IMG/VR virus record: IMGVR_UViG_3300042874_000422
Location: 13,540-77,539 of that record
Direction: 5' to 3' (one strand)
DNA length: 64,000 nucleotides
Source of the DNA: a virus
The notes below the pieces were generated by a model, which worked only from the letters and a program-made list of their open reading frames with translations, searched no databases and was not told where the DNA came from. The position numbers and the translations under genes were made by a program. Positions 55,256-63,929 of this stretch are shown here, piece by piece (position 1 is the stretch's first letter; each line of letters begins with the position of its first letter).

Positions 55256-56038
55256 CTACTCGGACTTGCGGCTGAGCGGCTTGATCGCGCGGAGTGCCGG
55301 GAAGCGATCCTTGATCGCCTCGCGATGCCGCCAGGCGTAGCGCCCGCCGAAGAACAGGATCGCCCCTCCGATGAGGAGGGGAGCGTGCGTCGACACCCAA
55401 CCGAGGAGGTCGAAGCTCTTCTTCGCGATGGTCACCACGGCTTTGCCGGCCTGGTAGGTCGCATTCACGACGTCCTCTGCGACACCTGCGATATTGCGCA
55501 GAATCTCGTAGGCGTCGCTGACCAGGTTGATCACGATGAGCGCCATCTGCGACCACCAGGGTCGAATGCAGCTGACGACGTACGAGTCGCCAATCGCGTC
55601 AGAAGCGGCCCCCAGCGCGTCCATCGCCCATTCCTTGAAGCCGTCGGCGAAGACGTAGGCGGTCTTGAACGCAGCGGCAGCGGAGGTCTCAGCGCTGTCT
55701 GCGGCGTCGAGGTAGTTCTTGGACTGGTTGGTCACGCGCAGGAGCGCCCGGTAGCGGTCCATCCCCGTCGGGAACGAGCAGCCCGGAGCGACCGCGCAGT
55801 CGGTCTGAGCCTTCGCCAACACGTCGAACGCCTGCGAGAGCACAGCTTGCACCGACGCCACGCCGCGCCGGATCGACTCGGGCTCAAAGTAGTTCGTCGG
55901 GTGCCAGTCCCTGCCGAGCGCGTACCGGCGCTCGTCGATCGGCGACGTCAGCTCGTTCGCCTTGTTGATGCACCGGATCGTGTCGTCCTCGCCCGCGCCG
56001 ATCGGCACCAGCGAGTCAAAGAAGCCGTTAAGCGCCAT
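55256..56038 (-). CDS. virion membrane protein
   Basis: MALNGFFD start; C-terminal TM. Confidence 0.6.
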   Translation of the reverse strand: MALNGFFDSLVPIGAGEDDTIRCINKANELTSPIDERRYALGRDWHPTNYFEPESIRRGVASVQAVLSQAFDVLAKAQTDCAVAPGCSFPTGMDRYRALLRVTNQSKNYLDAADSAETSAAAAFKTAYVFADGFKEWAMDALGAASDAIGDSYVVSCIRPWWSQMALIVINLVSDAYEILRNIAGVAEDVVNATYQAGKAVVTIAKKSFDLLGWVSTHAPLLIGGAILFFGGRYAWRHREAIKDRFPALRAIKPLSRKSE

Positions 56039-56381
56039 GGCGCGCCCCCTTGGTCGAGTGCGTGAAGAGGTAGACGCCGAGACTGAGCCCGATCGCGATG
56101 GCGGTCCCGACGCGCCACCAGTTCGTCTTGTACTGAGGCTCGTAGCCCGGGGGCGGCTGTAGCTCCGGGGGGAGGTCCGACGGGTTCATGCCCGGCGGCA
56201 GATCGGCCACCACGATCGGGATGTTGTAGTTCTCGTCGAGCACACACTGACGCAGGCACGTGGCATACGCAGCAGCGTAGGCGTCCGTCGACGGAAACAT
56301 GCGCGGGTTGACCGCATCGCAGCGATCAAGGCACAGCCCGTAGTTGGTACGAGGATTAGCGAGCCCGCGTCGAAATCGCAT
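56028..56381 (-). CDS. virion membrane protein
   Basis: Cys pairs, Pro-rich repeat, C-terminal TM. Confidence 0.6.
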   Translation of the reverse strand: MRFRRGLANPRTNYGLCLDRCDAVNPRMFPSTDAYAAAYATCLRQCVLDENYNIPIVVADLPPGMNPSDLPPELQPPPGYEPQYKTNWWRVGTAIAIGLSLGVYLFTHSTKGARHGA

Positions 56382-56408
56382 GGCTCCGAGCCTATCACGA
56401 GCGACAAG

Positions 56409-56597
56409 TTAATCGCGCAGCGGCTCCTTCTGGGGTGGCGCCGGTGGCGGGTCCCATGCAGATTCAACGTCCTCGTCGACGACGGCGTTCACGAGAGCGT
56501 CGACGGTCGCGAGCAAATCGTCGATCACCGGCATCAGCCGCTCCATCACCTTGTCGGCGACACGCTCAGCGAGAGCATCGATCTCGGCTTCGGTCAT
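56409..56597 (-). CDS. small acidic hypothetical protein
   Basis: MTEAEIDALAERVA; RBS GGAG. Confidence 0.45.
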   Translation of the reverse strand: MTEAEIDALAERVADKVMERLMPVIDDLLATVDALVNAVVDEDVESAWDPPPAPPQKEPLRD

Positions 56598-56776
56598 TTC
56601 TTCTCCGGGTGTTTGCAGTTGGAGCCGTGCCCGAAGGAGATTGAGCAATGCGCTCGCCACACCGCGTGCGCGAGGCAGACGTCGACGCATCCGCGCCCGT
56701 CGTGCGTCGTGAATACAACCGGGCCCTCGCACTTCGGTGAAACAGAATCGACGTACGCGCACTTCACTTATCAACC

Positions 56777-57349
56777 CTAGCTCATGGGCCCGACGCGGGC
56801 GATTTTCCGAAGCCGTGCGGCGAGTCGCCGGATCCTCGACGGGTAGCCGTTGCAGCGACCGGTGGTCACGCCGTGGTTGCCGCAGCCGTAGCCCGCGAGC
56901 GCGAGCGGCATGTCGCCACGGGTGCGCTTGAGCCACGTCCGCAGCTCGGCCGCTTGCGCGAGCATCGCGGGCCTGAGGTCACGGAGCGCGAGGCACGCAC
57001 GCCACGTGGTCGCCGCCGTCTGCGCGATCCCGCAGTAGAGGTTCCCGGTCCAGCCGAACGGGGCGCGCATCGATCGCCAGGCTCCGGTCTGTCGGGCATC
57101 ACCGATGAGTCGCGACACCGCTGTGGGATCGAAGCGACTCTCGATGTATTGCTGCGCGAGCAGCGCCACCGGGTCGAGATCGTCACCAGCTGCGTCCATA
57201 GCGGACGAGACCAGTCGGTCAGCAGCCGCCCGATCGAGCTTGGTGTTTGGGAGATCTTGGATCGCTTTGGAGAGCCGTTTGTCGTCGAGGATCTCGGCGG
57301 AAACTGATCTGGAAAGCAAGGCGAAACCTACAACAAGAATCGGTCTCAT
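56777..57349 (-). CDS. SLT-family lytic transglycosylase with signal peptide
   Basis: IESRFDP.AVS (Glu), GIAQ, ALAGYGCG. Confidence 0.8.
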   Translation of the reverse strand: MRPILVVGFALLSRSVSAEILDDKRLSKAIQDLPNTKLDRAAADRLVSSAMDAAGDDLDPVALLAQQYIESRFDPTAVSRLIGDARQTGAWRSMRAPFGWTGNLYCGIAQTAATTWRACLALRDLRPAMLAQAAELRTWLKRTRGDMPLALAGYGCGNHGVTTGRCNGYPSRIRRLAARLRKIARVGPMS

Positions 57350-57377
57350 TCCAGCGTGGTAACACGCGGGTCCGACG

Positions 57378-57653
57378 CTACCGCTTGAGGTACAGGCGCT
57401 GAAAAATCTCCGAGGTCGTTCGGCCCCTTACCTTCTCGAAGTCGCCATCGCTGACGTCGGCCGCGACCAGCGGACGCTCCTCGCGCCAGCCCTCGCGGAT
57501 CGATCCTTCGCGCACTGATTCGTTCGCGACGACCTCGCTCGGTTTGAAGTCTGGATCGTCCTTGATCGCCAAGACCAGCGCCTTGCGGGCAGCTTCGCCG
57601 GACTCGGCGACGATGTAGATGTCGTAGATCGCAATCGCGTTGAACAGCTTCAC
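57378..57653 (-). CDS. hypothetical protein
   Basis: GTG coupled to the upstream stop. Confidence 0.5.
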   Translation of the reverse strand: MKLFNAIAIYDIYIVAESGEAARKALVLAIKDDPDFKPSEVVANESVREGSIREGWREERPLVAADVSDGDFEKVRGRTTSEIFQRLYLKR

Positions 57654-58267
57654 GAACCCTTCCCTCCTTTGATGACGGGCAGCTTGATCACGGCTTGCGG
57701 CAAGCTGTACGCGGCGGCGTAGAGCCCGCGCTTCCACGCGATCCAGAACGCGCGACGCAGACGATCGTCGGCGTCGCCGACGAGCCGCGCGCTGACGCCG
57801 ATCGAATCGCGACAGCGGTATTCGAGCACCAGCTCCTCGACGTTCATCGGGTCGAACCCAGAGAATGTGCCGATCAAGATCGCGTTGTAGATCTCGCCGC
57901 CGCCGTCGCTCTTCGCGAGCATGACTTGCAGACACCGGAGCGCGGCGCGCAGCGTGCGATTCGGCGTTGTCGTCGTTGCGAGCAGATCCTGCGCGGTCCA
58001 GTAGGTGTCATCGCTCGTCGTGCGATTACGGCAGACGTCGTCGAGCCAGAGCAGCTCGCACTCACCTTTGTCGTGACACGCAGCGCGATTCGCCAGCTCG
58101 ATCGCGTTCCAGCCGTTTCGCCACGGCAGCGTGAACCAACCGTTGGCGTTGTTGTCGAGCTGATGCTCGGCAATGACGGCGGCTAGCTCATGCAGATCTT
58201 CGTCGACGATCGGTTCTTTGGCTGGCGGTCGGCGGGGTCGTTTACGGCTCGGCGATTTGCAGGCCAT
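57650..58267 (-). CDS. hypothetical protein
   Basis: Downstream of the helicase. Confidence 0.55.
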   Translation of the reverse strand: MACKSPSRKRPRRPPAKEPIVDEDLHELAAVIAEHQLDNNANGWFTLPWRNGWNAIELANRAACHDKGECELLWLDDVCRNRTTSDDTYWTAQDLLATTTTPNRTLRAALRCLQVMLAKSDGGGEIYNAILIGTFSGFDPMNVEELVLEYRCRDSIGVSARLVGDADDRLRRAFWIAWKRGLYAAAYSLPQAVIKLPVIKGGKGS

Positions 58268-58297
58268 CCATCGCTTGTAGCAGGCGGGTCCGACACG

Positions 58298-59902
58298 TCA
58301 CTTGAACAGCGTGTTGCCTTCGTCCTCATCTGGCGGGCGTGGCACGCTCTTGAGCTTGGGCTCACCTTTGCGCCAGATACGGTAGACCCGATGGCCACCC
58401 GTGACGACGGTCTCTACCTCGAAGTCGCGATCAATGTGCGGCGAGCGGAGTTTCTGCGCCAGCGTCTTCGACGATTTGTAGAACGTCACACCGTTGGCTT
58501 GCGCGAACCCTTCCAGCTCGTGGTGCAGTTCGTTGAGGGACATCTCGCGACCGGTGTTCTTGTAGCCGCCGCCGCGATAGACGACCCACTTGTGGAGTAA
58601 CTCTACGAGCGGGTCCTCTTCGTTGATGAACGCATCACGCTCAGCGGCGAGCGCCAGCATCAGATCGCTGACGGCGTTCTTCTCCCAGTGCAGCACTTCC
58701 CCGACGATGCGCGCAAACGCCGCGAAGTCGGCCATACGAGTCGTTTCGACACTCTTCTCGTCGTTATAGACGCGCATGTGATGGACGATCCGGTTGACGT
58801 ACCACATGTATTCGCCGAGAAGCTCCGAGCGCAGGTCGAGGATTTCTTGCCGGATCTCCTGGAACGGAACGAAGTTTTCGAGTCGCTCCAAACGCAAGAT
58901 CACCGAACGATCAGCGACGTCTTCTCGACGGAAGCTGGCCGGGTTCTTTGACGCGATGACGACGAAGGCGTGCGGCTTAATCTTGACCTCTTCGCTGTCG
59001 GAGAACAGCTTGCGCTTCACCCAGAAGCCGAGCGTCGTGTACGCGCAGATCGCATCCGGCACCCATTCGATGTAGCTGTCGGTGTTGTCGAACAGTGCGA
59101 TCGGCGAGCGCAGCAGCATCACACCGAAGTCGTCTTCCTTGTTCTTCGATAAGATCATCGGCTTGGCTTCGCCGAGGAGCGCGAGCTGCAGGAGTTGTGC
59201 GCCGACGGTCTTGCCTGAGCCTTGCGTGCCTTCGACGATCAACAGCGGCTTGGTCGGCATCAGGTCGGGGAACGCGAGCGCGAACACCCAGACCGTGAGC
59301 GCCTGTCGCTGCTGTTCAGGCGTCATGCCGCCGAAGCTGACCGGCGCGAAATTCAGATTCGTTAGCTTGTCAAACAAGATCCCGTGCGGCGCGATGCTGG
59401 GCTCAGCGGTAACGCCGCCGTCGTCGTCGATGAAGAACACGTTGTCGTCGCCGTTGTTCATCTTCGTCGGAAGTCCACCCCCGTCGATCTTCCACATGGT
59501 GCCGTCATACGACGACATGTAGACGGTCTTGGAGGCGTTATCGAACATCACGAATCGGCGCAGCTCGCCGTCGATCGCGTTCATCACGCCGAAATCGATC
59601 AGCGAAGCGAGGATGAATTTTCCAACCGGCGTCGTCTGCGACAGACCGTAAACGTGGTTCAAGTATGCCTGCACGCGCTCGCTGCTTTTGCTTAGCGGCA
59701 ACATCTCTTGCGCCATCCCGAGATAGGCATAGAGCGCACCCTCACGACTACGGATGACGCGCGTACCGGCCATCACCTCAGCCTCGATAAAGTAGTTCCA
59801 GATCGCCATGTTGCGGGCGTTGGTGTTCGGGTACGCCTTCGAAAACAACAACCCGTGAACCTTCATTCGATGCCGCGCACACAGGTCGTTGGTCACCATC
59901 AT
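58298..59902 (-). CDS. SF3/D5-like replicative helicase (primase-associated P-loop ATPase)
   Basis: Walker A GTQGSGKT, Walker B IALFDN, R.LFSD, motif C VVIASKN, D.ADR. Confidence 0.75.
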   Translation of the reverse strand: MMVTNDLCARHRMKVHGLLFSKAYPNTNARNMAIWNYFIEAEVMAGTRVIRSREGALYAYLGMAQEMLPLSKSSERVQAYLNHVYGLSQTTPVGKFILASLIDFGVMNAIDGELRRFVMFDNASKTVYMSSYDGTMWKIDGGGLPTKMNNGDDNVFFIDDDGGVTAEPSIAPHGILFDKLTNLNFAPVSFGGMTPEQQRQALTVWVFALAFPDLMPTKPLLIVEGTQGSGKTVGAQLLQLALLGEAKPMILSKNKEDDFGVMLLRSPIALFDNTDSYIEWVPDAICAYTTLGFWVKRKLFSDSEEVKIKPHAFVVIASKNPASFRREDVADRSVILRLERLENFVPFQEIRQEILDLRSELLGEYMWYVNRIVHHMRVYNDEKSVETTRMADFAAFARIVGEVLHWEKNAVSDLMLALAAERDAFINEEDPLVELLHKWVVYRGGGYKNTGREMSLNELHHELEGFAQANGVTFYKSSKTLAQKLRSPHIDRDFEVETVVTGGHRVYRIWRKGEPKLKSVPRPPDEDEGNTLFK

Positions 59903-59916
59903 GAGGAGCCCGCGAA

Positions 59917-59962
59917 GCTAACACGCACGTCCGACAGGCTTGTCGGACCCACGGGATAGGGT
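59917..59962. promoter_or_regulatory. divergent pair of TGTCGGAC-N8-TAnnnT promoters
   Basis: GTCCGACA-GGCT-TGTCGGAC; the left copy shares 21 identical bp with 26000-26020. Confidence 0.75.
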
Positions 59963-59968
59963 GCTTGC

Positions 59969-61531
59969 GTGACGGTGAACCACAGAATCAGCGGAACCAA
60001 GCGCATCGACTGGTACCTCGGCGATGTGCAGGTGGTCGCACCGATCATCGGCGTACCTGGTCTGAAGATGATCAACAGCGCGACGTGGCAGCTGCATCGC
60101 AGTCACCTTCCACTGCTCGCACATAACGACGCCGCAGCGCGAATTCTGATGCTGGCGATGAAACCGGATTGGGGGGCGCGAAACCTCACGACCGAGCCGC
60201 TGGGTTTCACTCTCCGCAACGTACAGCACGCGGGCATCGACTACATCACCCAACGAAAAGGCGTGCTGCTCGGCGACGACATGCGCGTCGGCAAGACGTT
60301 GACGTCCATCATGAGCCACGACCCCGCGTCGGGCCCGATCGTCATCATCTGCCCTGCGATGGTGCGGCCGGTCTGGATCAGCTGGCTCTCACGAGTATTC
60401 CCTGACGAGCCGATCGGCGTGATGACCGGCCACACCTTCGACCACAAGGCTCTGCAAAACCGCATCATCGTTGGCCATTACGACATCCTGCCGTGGTGGC
60501 AGTCGGCGATGCGCATCGGCACGCTGATCTTCGACGAGGCGCACACGCTGACCAACCGCAAGTCGAAGCGATCGAAGGCGGCGATTTTTCTCTCGATGCG
60601 CGCGGAGCGCGTAATCGCTGCCACCGGTACGCCCATCTGGAACATGCCGCCGGATCTGTGGAATGTGTTGGGGCTCGTAGCCCCCGGAGCCTTTGGGGGC
60701 TTCCACGATTTCGCGTATCGCTACGGGCTGCCGGTTCCGACCGCGCACGGCACGAAGTACACCGGCATCTCTAATGAGGAGGAGCTGAGCGCCCGGCTCT
60801 CCGAGGTCATGATCCGCCGGCGCTGGGTCGATGTCGCGGACGACTTGCCGCCGATCACTCGCTCGGTCTCGCTCGTCGAGCTGGACGATGTGCAGCGCCG
60901 GAAGCTCGACATCATCGCGGCGTCGCTCCGTGAAGCGAAGGGCACGCCCGCGACGACGATCGGTGTGCTCTCCGCATATCGCGAGAAGCTGTCGACGATC
61001 AAGCGGGGCGCGTGCGTGAAAGAGGCGACCACGATCCTTGATCGCGGCGAGCCCGTCGTCCTGTGGACGTGGCATCGGGCGCTCGCGGAGCGGATCGCGG
61101 CCGATCTCGGGTCCCGTGCGTTCCTTCTGACCGGCGACGTCCCGAACAACAAACGCGACGAAGCGATCGGCGGCTGGAAGGAGCGCCCCGCAGCGGCGCT
61201 CGTCTGCACGATGTCGGTCGCGCAGGTTGGTCTCGACTTCTCGCACGCGCACCTAGCGATCTTCGCTGAGATCGACTACACGCCGGCCATTCTCGCGCAG
61301 GCCGAGATGCGCACGTACTCGCCGCTGCGCCCGATGAGCATCACGTTCATTGTCGCTGACCACTTCATGGACCAGCGGATCGTCCTCGCGCTGACGCGCA
61401 AGTTGTCAGCAGCGGATCCGCTCGGCGTCGGCGCCGCGAACGATGCAATTTCCGCATTGCAGTTCGCTATTCACGGCAAGCCTGAAGAAGCTGACCTCGG
61501 CAAGATGCTCGACGACTGGCTTGCCGCGTGA
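59969..61531 (+). CDS. SNF2-family (SF2) helicase
   Basis: LLGDDMRVGKT, FDEAH, ATGTP..N, GLD, QAEMR. Confidence 0.9.
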   Translation: MTVNHRISGTKRIDWYLGDVQVVAPIIGVPGLKMINSATWQLHRSHLPLLAHNDAAARILMLAMKPDWGARNLTTEPLGFTLRNVQHAGIDYITQRKGVLLGDDMRVGKTLTSIMSHDPASGPIVIICPAMVRPVWISWLSRVFPDEPIGVMTGHTFDHKALQNRIIVGHYDILPWWQSAMRIGTLIFDEAHTLTNRKSKRSKAAIFLSMRAERVIAATGTPIWNMPPDLWNVLGLVAPGAFGGFHDFAYRYGLPVPTAHGTKYTGISNEEELSARLSEVMIRRRWVDVADDLPPITRSVSLVELDDVQRRKLDIIAASLREAKGTPATTIGVLSAYREKLSTIKRGACVKEATTILDRGEPVVLWTWHRALAERIAADLGSRAFLLTGDVPNNKRDEAIGGWKERPAAALVCTMSVAQVGLDFSHAHLAIFAEIDYTPAILAQAEMRTYSPLRPMSITFIVADHFMDQRIVLALTRKLSAADPLGVGAANDAISALQFAIHGKPEEADLGKMLDDWLAA

Positions 61532-61560
61532 ATGTCAGACCCCCCGTGTAAGGTCGTCGC

Positions 61561-62589
61561 GTGTTCAAGACCTCGTGTTTTCTCTGCGGTGCGGCCCTCA
61601 AAGCGGTCGACGACGATCTGCAGGAACACCCGAGCACGCCGGACTGCGACGTTCGCCATACCGATGCGTGGGGCGTCGCGATCACGCAGGTCACCGTCGA
61701 CGGCAAGCTGAAGCTGGCGATCGATGACCCCGAGCAGTACGAGTTTCAGACGTTCCCGTTCGTCGACGTCATACTCGAAGACATCTTCGCGCAGCTCGGG
61801 CTCCCGCGCCTCGGCGGCATGTCAACCGGTCGCGGCTGGTCCAGCTTCTCCACGTTCCAGCGGTGCCCGTATGCGTGGCGTCGCAAGTACGTCGACAAGA
61901 TCAAGCCGGCGTTCCTCATCGAGAGCCCGAGCCTGGCGATCGGCTCGCTCGTCCACACGTTCCTCGCGGTGTTCTACACACAGATGATCGACTCGAAGTA
62001 CCCGCTCACGCCCGAGGCGATTTACGACCACACCAAGGCGCAATGCAATCCAGAATTTGTCGACAAGTCGTGGCGGATGTTCGTCGGCTACCGGCTCTAC
62101 TTCAAGAACGAGAAAATCACACCGCTCGCCGTCGAGCACGATCTCAAAGACCCGCGCACGGGTGAGAGCTGCCGCTACGACTTGGTGGCGTTCTTCGCGG
62201 AGTGGGAAAACGGGCGCGCACCAGGCACGTACATCATCGAGCACAAAACCGCGAGTCGGTTCGATGCTGATGCACTCGATGGTTGGGTTAACGATGGCGA
62301 GGTCATCGGCGAAGTCGCGTTGTGGAAGCATCTCGGGCTCGACCTGCGGTTCGGCAAGCTCAAGGGCGTGATCGTGAATCTGCTTGGCAAGCACAAGGAG
62401 CCGCAGTTTCACCGCACGATCGTCGCGCCCGAGTCGTGGCAGATCGAAGCGCACCTCGACGATCTTCGTCGGTGGGAAGGGCTGATCCAGCTCTCGCGCT
62501 CGTCGAACAATTTCCCTCGCTCGCGCAACGGCTGTATCGGGCGCTACGGCAGGTGCGACTATTTCGACCACTGCGCCACAGGAGAATGA
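61561..62589 (+). CDS. PD-(D/E)xK exonuclease (RecB/Cas4-like)
   Basis: F..CP, GSLVH, VE, RYDL, IIEHKT, C-terminal C......C.Y...C. Confidence 0.85.
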   Translation: MFKTSCFLCGAALKAVDDDLQEHPSTPDCDVRHTDAWGVAITQVTVDGKLKLAIDDPEQYEFQTFPFVDVILEDIFAQLGLPRLGGMSTGRGWSSFSTFQRCPYAWRRKYVDKIKPAFLIESPSLAIGSLVHTFLAVFYTQMIDSKYPLTPEAIYDHTKAQCNPEFVDKSWRMFVGYRLYFKNEKITPLAVEHDLKDPRTGESCRYDLVAFFAEWENGRAPGTYIIEHKTASRFDADALDGWVNDGEVIGEVALWKHLGLDLRFGKLKGVIVNLLGKHKEPQFHRTIVAPESWQIEAHLDDLRRWEGLIQLSRSSNNFPRSRNGCIGRYGRCDYFDHCATGE

Positions 62590-62748
62590 CGTGTCACCCG
62601 TTCTCGTAGAAGCCAAGCGTTACATCTATCTCTACGGCACCGTCACCGACACCACCATCGAGCCGATCGAGCTGATCCGCGATCTCACCGCGCAGCTGGA
62701 GAAGTACGAAGGCAAGCCGCCGAAGAAACCCAAAGCCAACTCCGCACG

Positions 62749-62991
62749 ATGATCGTTCCCGACCACCCCGACGACCTCTTACTCGATCCGGACTTCAAAC
62801 CGTGTCGCGACGAGCGGTGCCCGGAACCTTCCCTGCACGCGGAGCACAACGTTCCGGTCGGGCGTGGTCGTCAAACTCGTCGCTGTCCGATCTGCAGTAG
62901 CCGTATCATCCACGTCCCGCGTAAGTGGGCGTCTTGCTCCAAGTGCTCTTGGCGCATCAACAACCAAGCGAAGGAATCCAGCTGTGCGTGA
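62749..62991 (+). CDS. small zinc-finger protein
   Basis: CPIC...CSKC. Confidence 0.5.
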   Translation: MIVPDHPDDLLLDPDFKPCRDERCPEPSLHAEHNVPVGRGRQTRRCPICSSRIIHVPRKWASCSKCSWRINNQAKESSCA

Positions 62992-63856
62992 AATCAACCT
63001 CGATCAACCAACGGACGTGATGCCGATCAACACGTTCCTCACCTACGGTGACAGCCGTACAGGCAAGACCACGTGGGCAGGATCGTTCCCGCGCCCGGTG
63101 TTCTTTTCTGACGTCTCCGAGGGCGGCTGGGATTCGCTCGCGAACATGGAAGACGACCAGCTCTTCGAACCCGGTGTGCGCCCGCTCGTGTGGGGCATCG
63201 AGGAGATGGCCGATATGCTCAAGGCCCGCGAGAAAGCGATCCCGCTGATCCAGTCGGGCCGCATCCGCACGATCGTCGTCGATTCGCTCTCGTTCTACAG
63301 CGACCTGTTCCTGAACTTCCTCGTCGGTATGCAGACGAAGAAGGACATGCGGGCCGCGTACGGCGACCTCGGCAACCACTTGCGCGATCTCCGCGTGAAG
63401 ACCCACGCGCTCAACGTCAACGTGGTGTGGCTCTGCCTCGCCCGTCACCCGGATGACGACGTCCCGACGGGCCGACCGATGATCCCTGGCCAGCAGGGCG
63501 ACAAGTTCATGGCCGGCGTCCATTACATCTTCCACTCTCGCGTCGACCAGAAGAAGCAGGGGCAGATCACGCTGCCGCCGGTCTTCGAGATGCGGACGAA
63601 AAAATACTTCAATTACATCGCCGGTAACCGCCTCGGCGGTCGCGCGATCGATCTGCCCGATCCGCTCGTCGGCGACTACGAGACGATGATCACCGCGCTC
63701 GGTTACGACGCGGACGCGATCCGCGCGAGCATGCCGAAGTTGCCGGCGCCCGGCGCGAAGCCGGCGATCGTCCAGAATGCGCAAGCTCGTCCTGTTGTTA
63801 CGCAAGTCGTTGCGCGCCCTGCGGCCCCCATCGTTCGTCCGGCAGTTCGCCGATAG
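62984..63856 (+). CDS. AAA_24/Sak4-like ATPase (single-strand annealing)
   Basis: YGDSRTGKTT, TIVVDSLS; located between the exonuclease and the putative SSB. Confidence 0.8.
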   Translation: MREINLDQPTDVMPINTFLTYGDSRTGKTTWAGSFPRPVFFSDVSEGGWDSLANMEDDQLFEPGVRPLVWGIEEMADMLKAREKAIPLIQSGRIRTIVVDSLSFYSDLFLNFLVGMQTKKDMRAAYGDLGNHLRDLRVKTHALNVNVVWLCLARHPDDDVPTGRPMIPGQQGDKFMAGVHYIFHSRVDQKKQGQITLPPVFEMRTKKYFNYIAGNRLGGRAIDLPDPLVGDYETMITALGYDADAIRASMPKLPAPGAKPAIVQNAQARPVVTQVVARPAAPIVRPAVRR

Positions 63857-63929
63857 CGGCTGATGTCGGACCCCTGTTGTAGAACCCTTCACACACGTTC
63901 CCTCTGATCAGAGAAAAAGGAAAAAGGAA

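Noticed and set aside
54984-55556. 190-aa ORF crossing the AT-rich region
   Set aside because: It overlaps a better-supported gene in another frame and has no coherent composition.
58298-59902. Genome-packaging ATPase or terminase
   Set aside because: Motif order and context fit an SF3/D5-like replicative helicase.
61561-62589. Cas4 as part of a CRISPR-Cas system
   Set aside because: No other cas genes or array; its position between a helicase and a Sak4-like ATPase fits a phage recombination exonuclease.
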